37,576 nucleotides of DNA from a virus (Duplodnaviria; Caudoviricetes): positions 1 through 37,576 of IMG/VR virus record IMGVR_UViG_3300027571_000033; one strand, written 5' to 3'. A program made the translations under genes and the position numbers. A model generated the notes under the pieces. That model was not told the DNA's origin, searched no databases, and was given only the letters and a program-made list of their open reading frames with translations. Positions 18,001 to 27,001 of this stretch are shown here, piece by piece; within the stretch, counting starts at the first letter, position 1, and every line of letters begins with the position of its first letter.

Positions 18001-20683
18001 AGAACTACGTGCAAGCGGAAGTGGCGATGTATTAATACCAAATGACGATGTTATTTTATCACAAGATTTAACTGTAAATGGAACAACAGATCTACAAGCA
18101 ACAACAATAAATGGCACAGTTACACATACTGGCGATCACATACAAACCGGTAATTTAACAATTACAGGACTTCTTGAAGTTGACGATATTGAAATTAATG
18201 GCAACACTATTCAAGCAGCTACTAATGATACAGATTTACAATTAACTGCAAACGGCACTGGAGAAATAGTAGTTCCAACTAGTGATGTAGTAATCACTAA
18301 TAATTTAACAGTTAACGGAACAACTACCTTACAAGATACAAGTGTCACAGGGACACTAACACATGTTGGTGATAGAAACCATACAGGTAACTTTAACATT
18401 GGTGGAACTTTCTCAAACGGAGAAATTCAAATTGATGACAACTTCATTACAACTACAACTAGTAATGCTGATTTAGAGCTACGTGCAAGTGGCACCGGCG
18501 AAGTTACTGTACAAGGTAATGACGTTGTATTTGGACAAGCACTTACAGTAAGCGGAGCAACAGACCTACAAGCAACTACAATAACTGGAATAATAACTCA
18601 CACAGGGAATGTTACACAAACAGGCAACCTGAACTTAACAGGTGACTTTGACAATGGCAACCTAAGTATAGCTGCAAATGTAATTCAAACTACTGACAGT
18701 AATGCAGACTTAGAGTTACGTGCTCAGGGTTCTGGTAAAATACTTGTACCAAATAACGATCTTCAAGTTACTGGAACACTTGATGTTGATCAATTAACTA
18801 CACTTGACGACACAAATATTACAGGTGTAATAACTCACGTAGGCAATTCAACTATTACTGGTAATTACGATATTACTGGACAATTAAATGTTAATGATGT
18901 AAGTTTTGATACAAATAGAATCTTTACAAACACATTAGACACAGATCTTATATTAGAAGCAAACAATACTGGTAAAGTAATAGTTCCAAATAATGATGTA
19001 GAGATTGAAGAAAATTTAACTGTTGGTGTTGGTGCTACTTTACAGAATACAAATATTACTGGCACAGTTACACATGCAGGTAATTATACGCAAACTGGTA
19101 ATTCAAATATTGACGGTAATCTTACAGTAACTCAAGATTTAGATATTACAGGTTCTGCACAGTTTGAGGAAATATTAATTGATGATAACTTTATCACAAC
19201 TACAACTAGTAATGCAGATCTAGAACTACGTGCAAATGGTACTGGAGAAGTATTAATACCAGATGCCGATTTAAGAATTAATAATGACTTAATAGTTACT
19301 GGTACAATTACAACTGGAGATATTAATAGTGCTGGTACAATTACAGCAAATAGATTTAGTACCGGAGATATATTAATCGATGATAACTTTATCACAACTA
19401 CTACATCAAATAGTGATTTAGAATTACGTGCAAATGGCACAGGTGAAGTAATAGTACCAAACAATAATGTTGAAATTACTGGTGACACTACAGTAAGTGG
19501 AACAACTGATCTAAACGGTGATACAGGCATTACTGGTACGCTTACGCACATTGGCAATTTATCACAAACAGGAAACTTTAATATTACAGGAAGTTTAACT
19601 GTTACTGGTGACTTAGATGTTTCCGGAGCATTCCAGTTTGAAGAAATATTAATTGATGATAATGTTATTACAACTACATCTAGCAATGCTGATTTAGAAT
19701 TTAGAGCTGCAGGTACTGGGGAAATTATTATACCTAGTAATGATGTTAATATTTCAAATAACTTAACTGTTGATGGCACATTAACTGTAGGGAATATTGT
19801 AAGTACAGGAACTATACAAGCAAATAACTTTACTACTGGTGATATATTAATTGACGATAACTTTATTACAACCACAACATCAAATAGTGATTTAGAATTA
19901 CGTACTAGTGGTACAGGAAGCATTGTACTAGATGATATTTCTATAATTGATTCAACAATATCTAGTACATCAAATATAACACTACAGCCAGACACTGAAT
20001 TAGTTATTTTAGATGCAACAGGGGCACTCCAACTACCATCAGGAAATACAGCACAACGACCTAGCGGAGTGTTAGGACAAATTAGGTATAATGCACAACT
20101 TAATAGATATGAAGGATACACTAATATTGGTTGGCTAAAACTAGACGGTCTTGAAGATGCCGACGGAGATACAAAAGTAACAGCAGAACTGTCGCCAGGT
20201 GCTAATGATAACACTATTAGATTTGTTGTATCAGGAAACACTATAGCATCGGTTACTGAAACAAAATTAGATGCTAATTTAATAACCGTAGATGACATCC
20301 AACTTGATGGAAATGTGATAAGTACTATTACTAATAATACTGATCTACAGTTAACAGGCAACGGCACAGGCGCAGTCAACATTGAGAACTTTAAGTTCGA
20401 TGATGGTACAATAACAAATGTTACACCTAACGGAGTGACAACTATTGTAAGTACTAATCAAGGATATGTTGATTTTTCAGACCCATACGGGGTTGTTATT
20501 CCAGTAGGAAATAACACAGAAAGACCTACAGGGGTTACAGGAATGATAAGGTTTAATACCGAAGACCTTAGAGTTGAAATGTATGACGGAAGTAATTGGA
20601 TATCGGTAGCAGGTGCATCAGGTGGTATTAGTTACGCAGATGCAGAAGACATAGCGATAGAAAAAGTATTAATATTTGGATAA
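15017..20683 (+). CDS. Giant fibre protein A2 (1888 aa), paralogue of A1
   Basis: Same N-terminus (GRISGP.LK.NL.R.GVD.AFETDLLY.DVNN), same beta-helix domain, 14 DLELR-type units and two P.G....RP...R.N motifs; AAGGAG RBS. Confidence 0.8.
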   Translation: MAVGRISGPLLKSNLIRNGVDLAFETDLLYLDVNNQRIGVRTASPTHDLTVNGTTRTTNLIVDTLATIGNVSISGQTIETDGDLNLVTVGTDSVVYQTRLEVNGVGIDNNTISTLNSNANLELRPNGSGTVEIFADTNVTGNIHATGNISADGDIVLGNADTDSINFNADVNSNIIPDQTDFYDLGSDTKRWNDVKVKNIVADTVDTGDLIINGVDLSVRPGNTYFVSTNGSNTATGTHQQDPFLTLDHAVTVATAGDTIHIYPGTYEETFPITVPAGVTIKGENIRSVFLHPPSSNNSQDCFLLNGETTIQDLTIGNFYYDSGNNTGHAFRFAPNMNVTSRSPYIKNITVITKGSVTTTEDPRGFNEGDAGRGGYFDGAAANANSKEASILFHSATFITPGVDAISATNGTRMEWLNSFTYFANRSVYAFDSNQGLYNDGKTRVRLGGISGTFAAGNTVTFTSTDNSSIANATIESIEGDTIVVDGKFTGLQDFDTTPASITNGSGATATSIENYDLKDFGAEIRMIGSASVYGNYGLYGDGPGVIVYAIGHNLAYIGNGKEVTNDPGTVIQDNEVTELNDAKIRYNSVDHEGDFRVGDLFFVDQQTGTVDFTVSDFTINTTNGVSFIDGGGTTFVDGTKIETGNFRLSGNTIESLTGAVNLTASNNQINLNDNVSITGNLDVTGNVTIGGNITIGDDANDTIQIVAGIDSDIVPSATSTYNLGTDLKRWNNINVNRAVIDDITIETNFITTTNSNADLELRASGTGEILVPDNNVQIDNNLTVDGTTTLQDTNITGTLTHVGNLTHTGDSSVDGNLTVTGKLDVTQYAQFEEILIDDNFITTTTSNANLELRANGTGEVIVPSANVTITNDLTVDNDIDANNLTTTGTVTAGAFTTGQINISNYVVQTVSSNDLELSANGSGVIKVAYNDVDITGTLDVTGLTTTSDLTINGTLTHTGNVSHTGNYDITGTWTNQEIRIIGNVVETTTTNTDLELRASGSGDVLIPNDDVILSQDLTVNGTTDLQATTINGTVTHTGDHIQTGNLTITGLLEVDDIEINGNTIQAATNDTDLQLTANGTGEIVVPTSDVVITNNLTVNGTTTLQDTSVTGTLTHVGDRNHTGNFNIGGTFSNGEIQIDDNFITTTTSNADLELRASGTGEVTVQGNDVVFGQALTVSGATDLQATTITGIITHTGNVTQTGNLNLTGDFDNGNLSIAANVIQTTDSNADLELRAQGSGKILVPNNDLQVTGTLDVDQLTTLDDTNITGVITHVGNSTITGNYDITGQLNVNDVSFDTNRIFTNTLDTDLILEANNTGKVIVPNNDVEIEENLTVGVGATLQNTNITGTVTHAGNYTQTGNSNIDGNLTVTQDLDITGSAQFEEILIDDNFITTTTSNADLELRANGTGEVLIPDADLRINNDLIVTGTITTGDINSAGTITANRFSTGDILIDDNFITTTTSNSDLELRANGTGEVIVPNNNVEITGDTTVSGTTDLNGDTGITGTLTHIGNLSQTGNFNITGSLTVTGDLDVSGAFQFEEILIDDNVITTTSSNADLEFRAAGTGEIIIPSNDVNISNNLTVDGTLTVGNIVSTGTIQANNFTTGDILIDDNFITTTTSNSDLELRTSGTGSIVLDDISIIDSTISSTSNITLQPDTELVILDATGALQLPSGNTAQRPSGVLGQIRYNAQLNRYEGYTNIGWLKLDGLEDADGDTKVTAELSPGANDNTIRFVVSGNTIASVTETKLDANLITVDDIQLDGNVISTITNNTDLQLTGNGTGAVNIENFKFDDGTITNVTPNGVTTIVSTNQGYVDFSDPYGVVIPVGNNTERPTGVTGMIRFNTEDLRVEMYDGSNWISVAGASGGISYADAEDIAIEKVLIFG
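17240..19930 (+). repeat. Coding repeat array of fibre A2
   Basis: Twelve consecutive IDDNFITTTTSNADLELRANGTG-type anchors. Boundaries approximate. Confidence 0.85.
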
Positions 20684-20689
20684 TAGAGA

Positions 20690-21019
20690 ATGGCAACAAC
20701 ACTTAAAAACACAGTTATAAAACAATGCGGCACACAGCCTGTACTTATATATGAAACACAACCTGGGAACAGGGTAACTGTTCTTGGTATAAGTTTTACA
20801 AACCTAACTGACAAATTTGTTTATGTTGACGTACTAGTTGAAGACGATACTAGTGTAAGCGGGTATTACTTAAAAGATAGTATTCTACCAGCAGGCACAA
20901 GTTTAAGAGCGGTATCAACAGGTGAAAAATTAGTGTTGGCCCCTAGCAATAGATTATTAGTTAGATCAAGTTTAGATGATTCAGTTGACGTCATTGTTAG
21001 TTACGTGGAGATAACATAA
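20690..21019 (+). CDS. Small beta-rich structural protein, putative adaptor family copy 2
   Basis: IYET.PG...TVLGISFTN...ILPAGTSL...EKLVL...VIVSYVEIT; follows the fibre ending KVLIFG. Confidence 0.65.
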   Translation: MATTLKNTVIKQCGTQPVLIYETQPGNRVTVLGISFTNLTDKFVYVDVLVEDDTSVSGYYLKDSILPAGTSLRAVSTGEKLVLAPSNRLLVRSSLDDSVDVIVSYVEIT

Positions 21020-21429
21020 TGGCATATTATATAGGAACTACACCACAAGATGTTTTAGATGGATTTATAAAAAGATATTTTTATGGTCTTCGTAGAAACA
21101 ACGATGGAGAATTATTTCTTGTACAAATTGACCAACTTAGAGGCGGCAATGAAAATGTTGTTGTTGTAAACGATTTAGGTATTGCATCTGAAAACTATCC
21201 AGACTTTGAAGAAGGTATTGATTTCTTAGATGGAATTGATGCAAATCACGATGTAGTATATCCTAATGTGAGATATCCACAATTTAAATGGGAAAACAGA
21301 TCGTTATTATATTATATAGAACCAGAAACAGGATTCTTTGTGCAACGAATATCAGAAGCATATGATTATCCAACTGGAGTATCAACAGTAGCATATGGCG
21401 AAGGCCAAGATGAAAACGTAATTGACTAA
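21019..21429 (+). CDS. Hypothetical virion-associated protein (136 aa)
   Basis: Start overlaps the previous stop (TAATG); aromatic-rich YFYGLRRNNDGELFL...YPQFKW...YYIE; sits in the structural operon. Confidence 0.65.
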   Translation: MAYYIGTTPQDVLDGFIKRYFYGLRRNNDGELFLVQIDQLRGGNENVVVVNDLGIASENYPDFEEGIDFLDGIDANHDVVYPNVRYPQFKWENRSLLYYIEPETGFFVQRISEAYDYPTGVSTVAYGEGQDENVID

Positions 21430-21440
21430 GGGAAAGAACA

Positions 21441-24400
21441 ATGGCAGAGTTTAAGTTAGATAGATTTAAGTATAATTGGAAAGGTGATTGGACAACTGGC
21501 GCCGATTACAAACGTGATGACGTTGTACGTGTAAACGGATTTAGTTATGTTTGTATCATATCGCACACAGGATCTGCACTTTTTGCAACAGACTTAAACG
21601 CAATACTACCAGATAGTAATCCTCCGCAACCGCAACCAAAATGGGTTGTAATGACAGCAAGTAAATCATTTGTAGGTGATTGGACTCCGGGAACATCTTA
21701 TAACGTAGGTGATACAATGTTATTTGGTGGAACTGTTTGGGACTGTGTTACAGCACATACAGCTTCGTCATTCCAGTCAGATGTAGCAAACTGGGCTGTA
21801 TTTACTAAACATATTAAGTTTGATGCTGCTTGGACAGTAGGTACAGAATACGGACACGGAGATATTGTAAAGTATGGCGGCAATCTTTGGAAGTGTTTAA
21901 CATCACATACAGCACAAGGAATACTAGAAAATAATCAAGGCGATTGGGAAGAATTCCACGTAGGTCAAGAATATAGAAATGCTTGGTTACCTAGTACTGA
22001 TTACACTCTTAATGATATTGTAAAATATGGTGGATCATTATTTAAATGTATTGAGTCACATACATCAAATAGTGTAGAATTGGAAGACAGTAAGTTTTCA
22101 GTATTTGCATTTGGTACACAGTTTGACGGTGAATGGAATAGTACTACTACATATAACATTGGTGATGTAGTAAGGTACGGCGGAACTTCGTATTATGCAA
22201 TTACAAATAATGTTGATTCAGATCCGTCAAGAATTTTAAGAGGCAATTCTTCAGGGTACGATAGTACTAATGATTGGCTTGTACTTTCCAAAGGATATCA
22301 ATTTGCAGGCGAATGGGAATTAAGAAAAGAATTTAAAACAGGCGACATTACTCAACGTGGTGGCGACTTGTATGTTGCGTTAACAGATGTTAATATTAAT
22401 GACGGCGACGAAAGTTCGTTAACATATTTAGATAATACTATTTGGGAAAAACTAGTTCCAGGTAATAGATGGAAAGCGCCTTGGGGAACTGGAACTTATT
22501 ATTCAGTAGGTGATGTAGTTTACCATTTAGGTACAGCATATTCATGTAACTATGAGCATACAGCAGACGGAGAGAATTATCCAGGAGATAACGGAAACGT
22601 TTATGATTATTGGGATATACTAATACAAGCAGGTGACGAAGGCGGATTACACGACAAAGGCGACTTGCTTACTTTTGGGTTATCACGAACAGGCACAGGT
22701 GACGGAAGTACACTTGGCGATACTCGTGTAGAAATTGGCAAAGCAGAAAATGTACTATCTATTACAAATGAACAAGAAATATTTTGGAGAACATTTACAG
22801 CTGACTCAGATGTAATTTATGTTGCTCCGTATGGAGTTAACGATAACACTATTCTTAGAGGAAGAAGTCCAGAATTACCATTTAGAACAGTTAGATATGC
22901 TTGTGAATTTATTGAAGATAACTTTGCACCTTTAGCACCTACTAAGGTTGCTGTTGCAACGGGTAATTATGACGAAATAGGACCAATTATTATTCCAGCA
23001 GGGTGCGTAGTAATGGGAGACGAATTAAGATCGACTACAATTACTGCAACAGGTCCTATTCCAGAATATGCATACAATGCTGTTACTGATGTTGGTGACT
23101 ATGTTCATGTAAAAAACTATTTTATACACATATCATCATTTATATTTGATTTAATATCAAACAATCCTGTAGTTAATACTGCTGGAAATACCGAAACACC
23201 AAGAACAAATATTGATCCAGGAACACTTGAAGCATCAAACAGAATAATTGAATTACTTGACGATTTTAAAAATTATACAGAATTTAATATTGCCTCAGGC
23301 GAAGTTAATCCAACTCTTGTAGGTTCTAATGTATTATCAGATCAAGCAGGATTTATTGAAACAGCTAATCATTTAAGAGTAAATTTAAAATGGATCCAAG
23401 AAGAGATATTTGCATTCTTAGATCTTACATATGACAATCTAAACAAAGTAAGAATTTTTGATGATGTTAATTCTCTAGTTAGAGGATTAGCAAGAGATAT
23501 ACAGTATTCAGGAAATTATGCAACACTACAAGCTGCTAGAAGATATGCAAATGCTGTTATTGGTAGTCAGGGCGACGACATGTTCTACTTTAGAGATACA
23601 ACTGGCATGAGAAATTTAACAACTAAAGGACTTACAGGTACACTTAATCCTCCTGGAGTGTTTGATTTATATCAAAGACCAACTGGCGGAGCATGTACAA
23701 GTTTAGATCCGGGTTGGGGTCCAGATGATCAACGTTGTTGGATTATGCAACGTTCACCTTATATACAAGGTGTTACAAATATTGGTGACAACTGTGTTGG
23801 TAAAAAAGTAGACGGTTCATTACATAACGGTGGAAACAAGTCAATGACATCTAATGACTTTACACAAGTGTTAAGTGACGGCATTGGTGCATGGATTTCA
23901 AATGGCGGTCGAGCTGAGCTTGTGTCGGTATTTACATATTACTGTTCGGTTGGATATTTTGCAGAAGATGGCGGAATAATACGTGCAACTAACGGTAATA
24001 ACTCATATGGTAGTTGGGGTGCAATTGCTGACGGTAACGATCCTAGCGAAACACCGGATACGTGTTCAGTATGGAACAGAAATAACGAAGCTCAAGTAGA
24101 CGAAGCATTTATTGGCGGAGCCACAGATGAAGTAAAACTTTTTGAGTATACACACGCAGGTCAACACTATACAAATGCAACAACAACTGTAGTAGGCGCC
24201 GGCGCTGGTGTTAACACAACATTCGAAGACTTTAGAGATCTAGCTGTAAGCCAAGTAAGACTAATAAACACAACAGGGTCAGGATCAGAAGGCGGTAGTA
24301 ATTATCTAGTTAGGCAAGGATTTGCACAAACAACAGCAGATGCTAGTTCAACAATTAAAATATCTAATGCTGACGAAACACAGTTTTTAAGCGAAATTGT

Positions 24401-26954
24401 TGGAATGAGACTAATTATTATTTCAGGACCAGCAACAGGGCAATATGCATACATTGACTCTTATAGTGTTATAAGTAAAGAAGTTGGTGTTAAAAGAGAA
24501 TCAGACGATCAAGATGGATGGGATCATGTTATTCCAGGAACAGCATTAGCAGCAAGTTTTGATTCAACAACACAATACAGAATAGAACCTAGAGTAGAAG
24601 TAAGTAGTCCTAGTCTTTCAAGTAGTTCTTGGCAACTAGACAATGCTAGAACATTTAATGACGTATCCGAAGGCGGTACTAGTGTAACATATCAATCAAT
24701 TGGCTTAGGCTTAGGCAGCGGTGCTGTTGAAGGTATTGAACAGTCAGGTGCTGTTTATCAAATTTTAAGAACTGGTAAAGTATATACACCATCATTAGTA
24801 TCAGGCGGAGCAGGATATGCAGCTGGAGACGAAATAGCAATACCGGGCACAGCATTAGGCGGAGTTACACCTGATCATGATTTAACTGTTAAAGTACTAA
24901 CAGTAACAGATGATAGTACTAACTCTATACTTACAGCAGAATATATTGGTGTTGGTAGAGAACCAAGAATAGTTGCTTGTGCTAATCCTAACTACATGGC
25001 ATATAGTGATAATGCAGGCGAAACTTGGACTGAAAATACACACTCAGTATCAGGAACACTACACACTGTAATTGCTGGAGATAATAGATTTATCGGACTA
25101 GGCGGACAAATTAATCAATACGTATTTTCGTTAACAGGCGAAAGTTGGACAACAAGATCACTTCCAGGTGCAAACAACTGGATGCACGGAACATATGGTG
25201 GCGGCAAGTTTGTTATTTGTACAGCGGCATATGCTAACTTCTTATATAGCACCGACGGGTTATCATGGACCGAAACACCACACGGTGGAAGTGTATCAGC
25301 ATTTGCTAAAGTAGCATACGGACAAGGTACATACATATCAGTAAGTAACGAAGATAGAGCTGTTACAACATCATCAGATGGTATTACTTGGAATAGAGTT
25401 AATAATAAACTTCCTACAGAATTTGCAACAGTTAATTCAATAGAATTTTGTGGATTTGCTTATGGCGATAATAGATTTGTAGGTATAACAGAAAGCGGTA
25501 AAACATGTTATACTGTAGACAAAGGCGCAACATGGCAACTAGGCGGCGATGTTCCACAAAACGGTGGCGGCACTTTAGTATTCACTGGATTAAAATACGG
25601 TAATGGTGTTTGGATGGCATCAGCAAATGATAACGGAACAGGAGCAACTAACTTAGTTGCAGTTACACAAGACGGAATAACATGGAATCAATATAATTTA
25701 GATTCAAGTCAAGCATGGGGAGCGTTAACTTACACAAGTAATAATAATAATCCAGAGTTTGTTCTTATAGGCGATCAAGCAACAGGTAATGCTATTGTTA
25801 AAGCAAGAACAGGTGCTAAAGCAATATTAAGAGCAGATGTAAACCAAGGTAAAATATCAAAATTTAAAATATGGAATCCAGGCGGCGGATACATTACTCC
25901 TCCAACAGTAACAATAACTGACAATCAGTACATATCAGAAGTTGAACCACAAGTTAGAATTTCAAGTGGCGTACTTGCACAACCAACATTTAATAATAGA
26001 GGAGCAGGATATAGAACAGGCTCAACTACTATAACAATAGCAGGTGACGGATATGCTGACATTATTGAACAAAGTAATAAATTAACACTTGCAGGTGTAA
26101 ATGTTGTTCCAGGTCCTGGAGTGCAAATTAGAATAGACGGCATTTTGGATCTATTAACCGAAGTACCAGATGATTTAAAATTATACAACGGTGTTAAAGC
26201 AACAGACTTAGGTGATGACGGTACAGGTAACGGAACAAGATTAGTTGAATTCCAAATTAGTCCAAGTATAGAAAACACTGATAACTTACAGCATGGCACA
26301 GTGGTTAACTTACGAAATAGATATAGTCAATGTAGAGTAACAGGACACGATTTCCTAGACATAGGCACAGGCGGCTTTGCAGATACAAACTATCCAGCAT
26401 TATACTCAGACGGAAACTACTTTGTAAGTGCTCCTGAAAATGAAGTATACGAAACTAATGGAGGTAGAGTATTCTACACAAGTACAGACCAAGATGGTAA
26501 CTTTAGAACAGGTGAACTTTTTGCTGTTAACCAAGCAACAGGTATTGTTACAATTAGTGCTCAATTCTTTGACTTAGACGGTCTGTCAGAACTATCACTA
26601 GGCGGAGTTAGATTAGGTGGATCTGGTACAAGTGTACAAGAATTTAGTACAGACCCAACTATGAGTGCAGACTCTAATCAAGTTATTCCAACACAAAGAG
26701 CTATTGCAACATTCTTAGCAGATAGACTATCAGTTGGTGGTGAAGATCTTCAAACTAACTTACTACAAGCAGGTAATGTTCAACTTGGTGGTGAAGATAA
26801 CAAGATTGACATGAACAATAACGAAATTTTAAACTTCAATCGTCCTGTAAACTTTGCAGGAATAGGAGCAGACGGCATTTCCCCAGCCGGACTTGGCGGA
26901 ACAATTATTTCTCAAATGTTGTTAGTAAGGAATATCAATGATACCGTACAATAA
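21441..26954 (+). CDS. Giant structural protein B1 (1837 aa): 7 CBM5/12-like repeats, beta-helix, Asp-box/BNR propeller
   Basis: W...T.Y..GD+V.YGG..+.C...HT repeats; IYVAPYG...PFRTVRYA beta-helix start; Asp-boxes YSDNAGETW, YSTDGLSW, SSDGITW, TVDKGATW and TQDGITW. Confidence 0.8.
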   Translation: MAEFKLDRFKYNWKGDWTTGADYKRDDVVRVNGFSYVCIISHTGSALFATDLNAILPDSNPPQPQPKWVVMTASKSFVGDWTPGTSYNVGDTMLFGGTVWDCVTAHTASSFQSDVANWAVFTKHIKFDAAWTVGTEYGHGDIVKYGGNLWKCLTSHTAQGILENNQGDWEEFHVGQEYRNAWLPSTDYTLNDIVKYGGSLFKCIESHTSNSVELEDSKFSVFAFGTQFDGEWNSTTTYNIGDVVRYGGTSYYAITNNVDSDPSRILRGNSSGYDSTNDWLVLSKGYQFAGEWELRKEFKTGDITQRGGDLYVALTDVNINDGDESSLTYLDNTIWEKLVPGNRWKAPWGTGTYYSVGDVVYHLGTAYSCNYEHTADGENYPGDNGNVYDYWDILIQAGDEGGLHDKGDLLTFGLSRTGTGDGSTLGDTRVEIGKAENVLSITNEQEIFWRTFTADSDVIYVAPYGVNDNTILRGRSPELPFRTVRYACEFIEDNFAPLAPTKVAVATGNYDEIGPIIIPAGCVVMGDELRSTTITATGPIPEYAYNAVTDVGDYVHVKNYFIHISSFIFDLISNNPVVNTAGNTETPRTNIDPGTLEASNRIIELLDDFKNYTEFNIASGEVNPTLVGSNVLSDQAGFIETANHLRVNLKWIQEEIFAFLDLTYDNLNKVRIFDDVNSLVRGLARDIQYSGNYATLQAARRYANAVIGSQGDDMFYFRDTTGMRNLTTKGLTGTLNPPGVFDLYQRPTGGACTSLDPGWGPDDQRCWIMQRSPYIQGVTNIGDNCVGKKVDGSLHNGGNKSMTSNDFTQVLSDGIGAWISNGGRAELVSVFTYYCSVGYFAEDGGIIRATNGNNSYGSWGAIADGNDPSETPDTCSVWNRNNEAQVDEAFIGGATDEVKLFEYTHAGQHYTNATTTVVGAGAGVNTTFEDFRDLAVSQVRLINTTGSGSEGGSNYLVRQGFAQTTADASSTIKISNADETQFLSEIVGMRLIIISGPATGQYAYIDSYSVISKEVGVKRESDDQDGWDHVIPGTALAASFDSTTQYRIEPRVEVSSPSLSSSSWQLDNARTFNDVSEGGTSVTYQSIGLGLGSGAVEGIEQSGAVYQILRTGKVYTPSLVSGGAGYAAGDEIAIPGTALGGVTPDHDLTVKVLTVTDDSTNSILTAEYIGVGREPRIVACANPNYMAYSDNAGETWTENTHSVSGTLHTVIAGDNRFIGLGGQINQYVFSLTGESWTTRSLPGANNWMHGTYGGGKFVICTAAYANFLYSTDGLSWTETPHGGSVSAFAKVAYGQGTYISVSNEDRAVTTSSDGITWNRVNNKLPTEFATVNSIEFCGFAYGDNRFVGITESGKTCYTVDKGATWQLGGDVPQNGGGTLVFTGLKYGNGVWMASANDNGTGATNLVAVTQDGITWNQYNLDSSQAWGALTYTSNNNNPEFVLIGDQATGNAIVKARTGAKAILRADVNQGKISKFKIWNPGGGYITPPTVTITDNQYISEVEPQVRISSGVLAQPTFNNRGAGYRTGSTTITIAGDGYADIIEQSNKLTLAGVNVVPGPGVQIRIDGILDLLTEVPDDLKLYNGVKATDLGDDGTGNGTRLVEFQISPSIENTDNLQHGTVVNLRNRYSQCRVTGHDFLDIGTGGFADTNYPALYSDGNYFVSAPENEVYETNGGRVFYTSTDQDGNFRTGELFAVNQATGIVTISAQFFDLDGLSELSLGGVRLGGSGTSVQEFSTDPTMSADSNQVIPTQRAIATFLADRLSVGGEDLQTNLLQAGNVQLGGEDNKIDMNNNEILNFNRPVNFAGIGADGISPAGLGGTIISQMLLVRNINDTVQ

Positions 26955-26972
26955 CCAGGAAAAAGTTTTAAT

Positions 26973-26980
26973 GATAAATA
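26973..26980 (+). promoter_or_regulatory. Late promoter-like box (GATAAATA)
   Basis: TAAATAC box in the gap before the 2790-aa gene, followed by a GGAG RBS. Confidence 0.6.
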
Positions 26981-27001
26981 CACTATACGGAGTAAAAGCA
27001 A

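Noticed and set aside
11320-19930. CRISPR array or diversity-generating retroelement template/variable repeats
   Set aside because: The repeats are in-frame coding units varying at synonymous sites, not identical repeats with spacers. I saw no adenine-specific mismatch pattern, and there is no reverse transcriptase or cas gene in the window.
19132-20382. 416-aa minus-strand ORF and the many other antisense ORFs within the giant genes
   Set aside because: They mirror the plus-strand repeats (PVPFARSSKS...) and arise from codon bias; I saw no independent expression signals or domain motifs.
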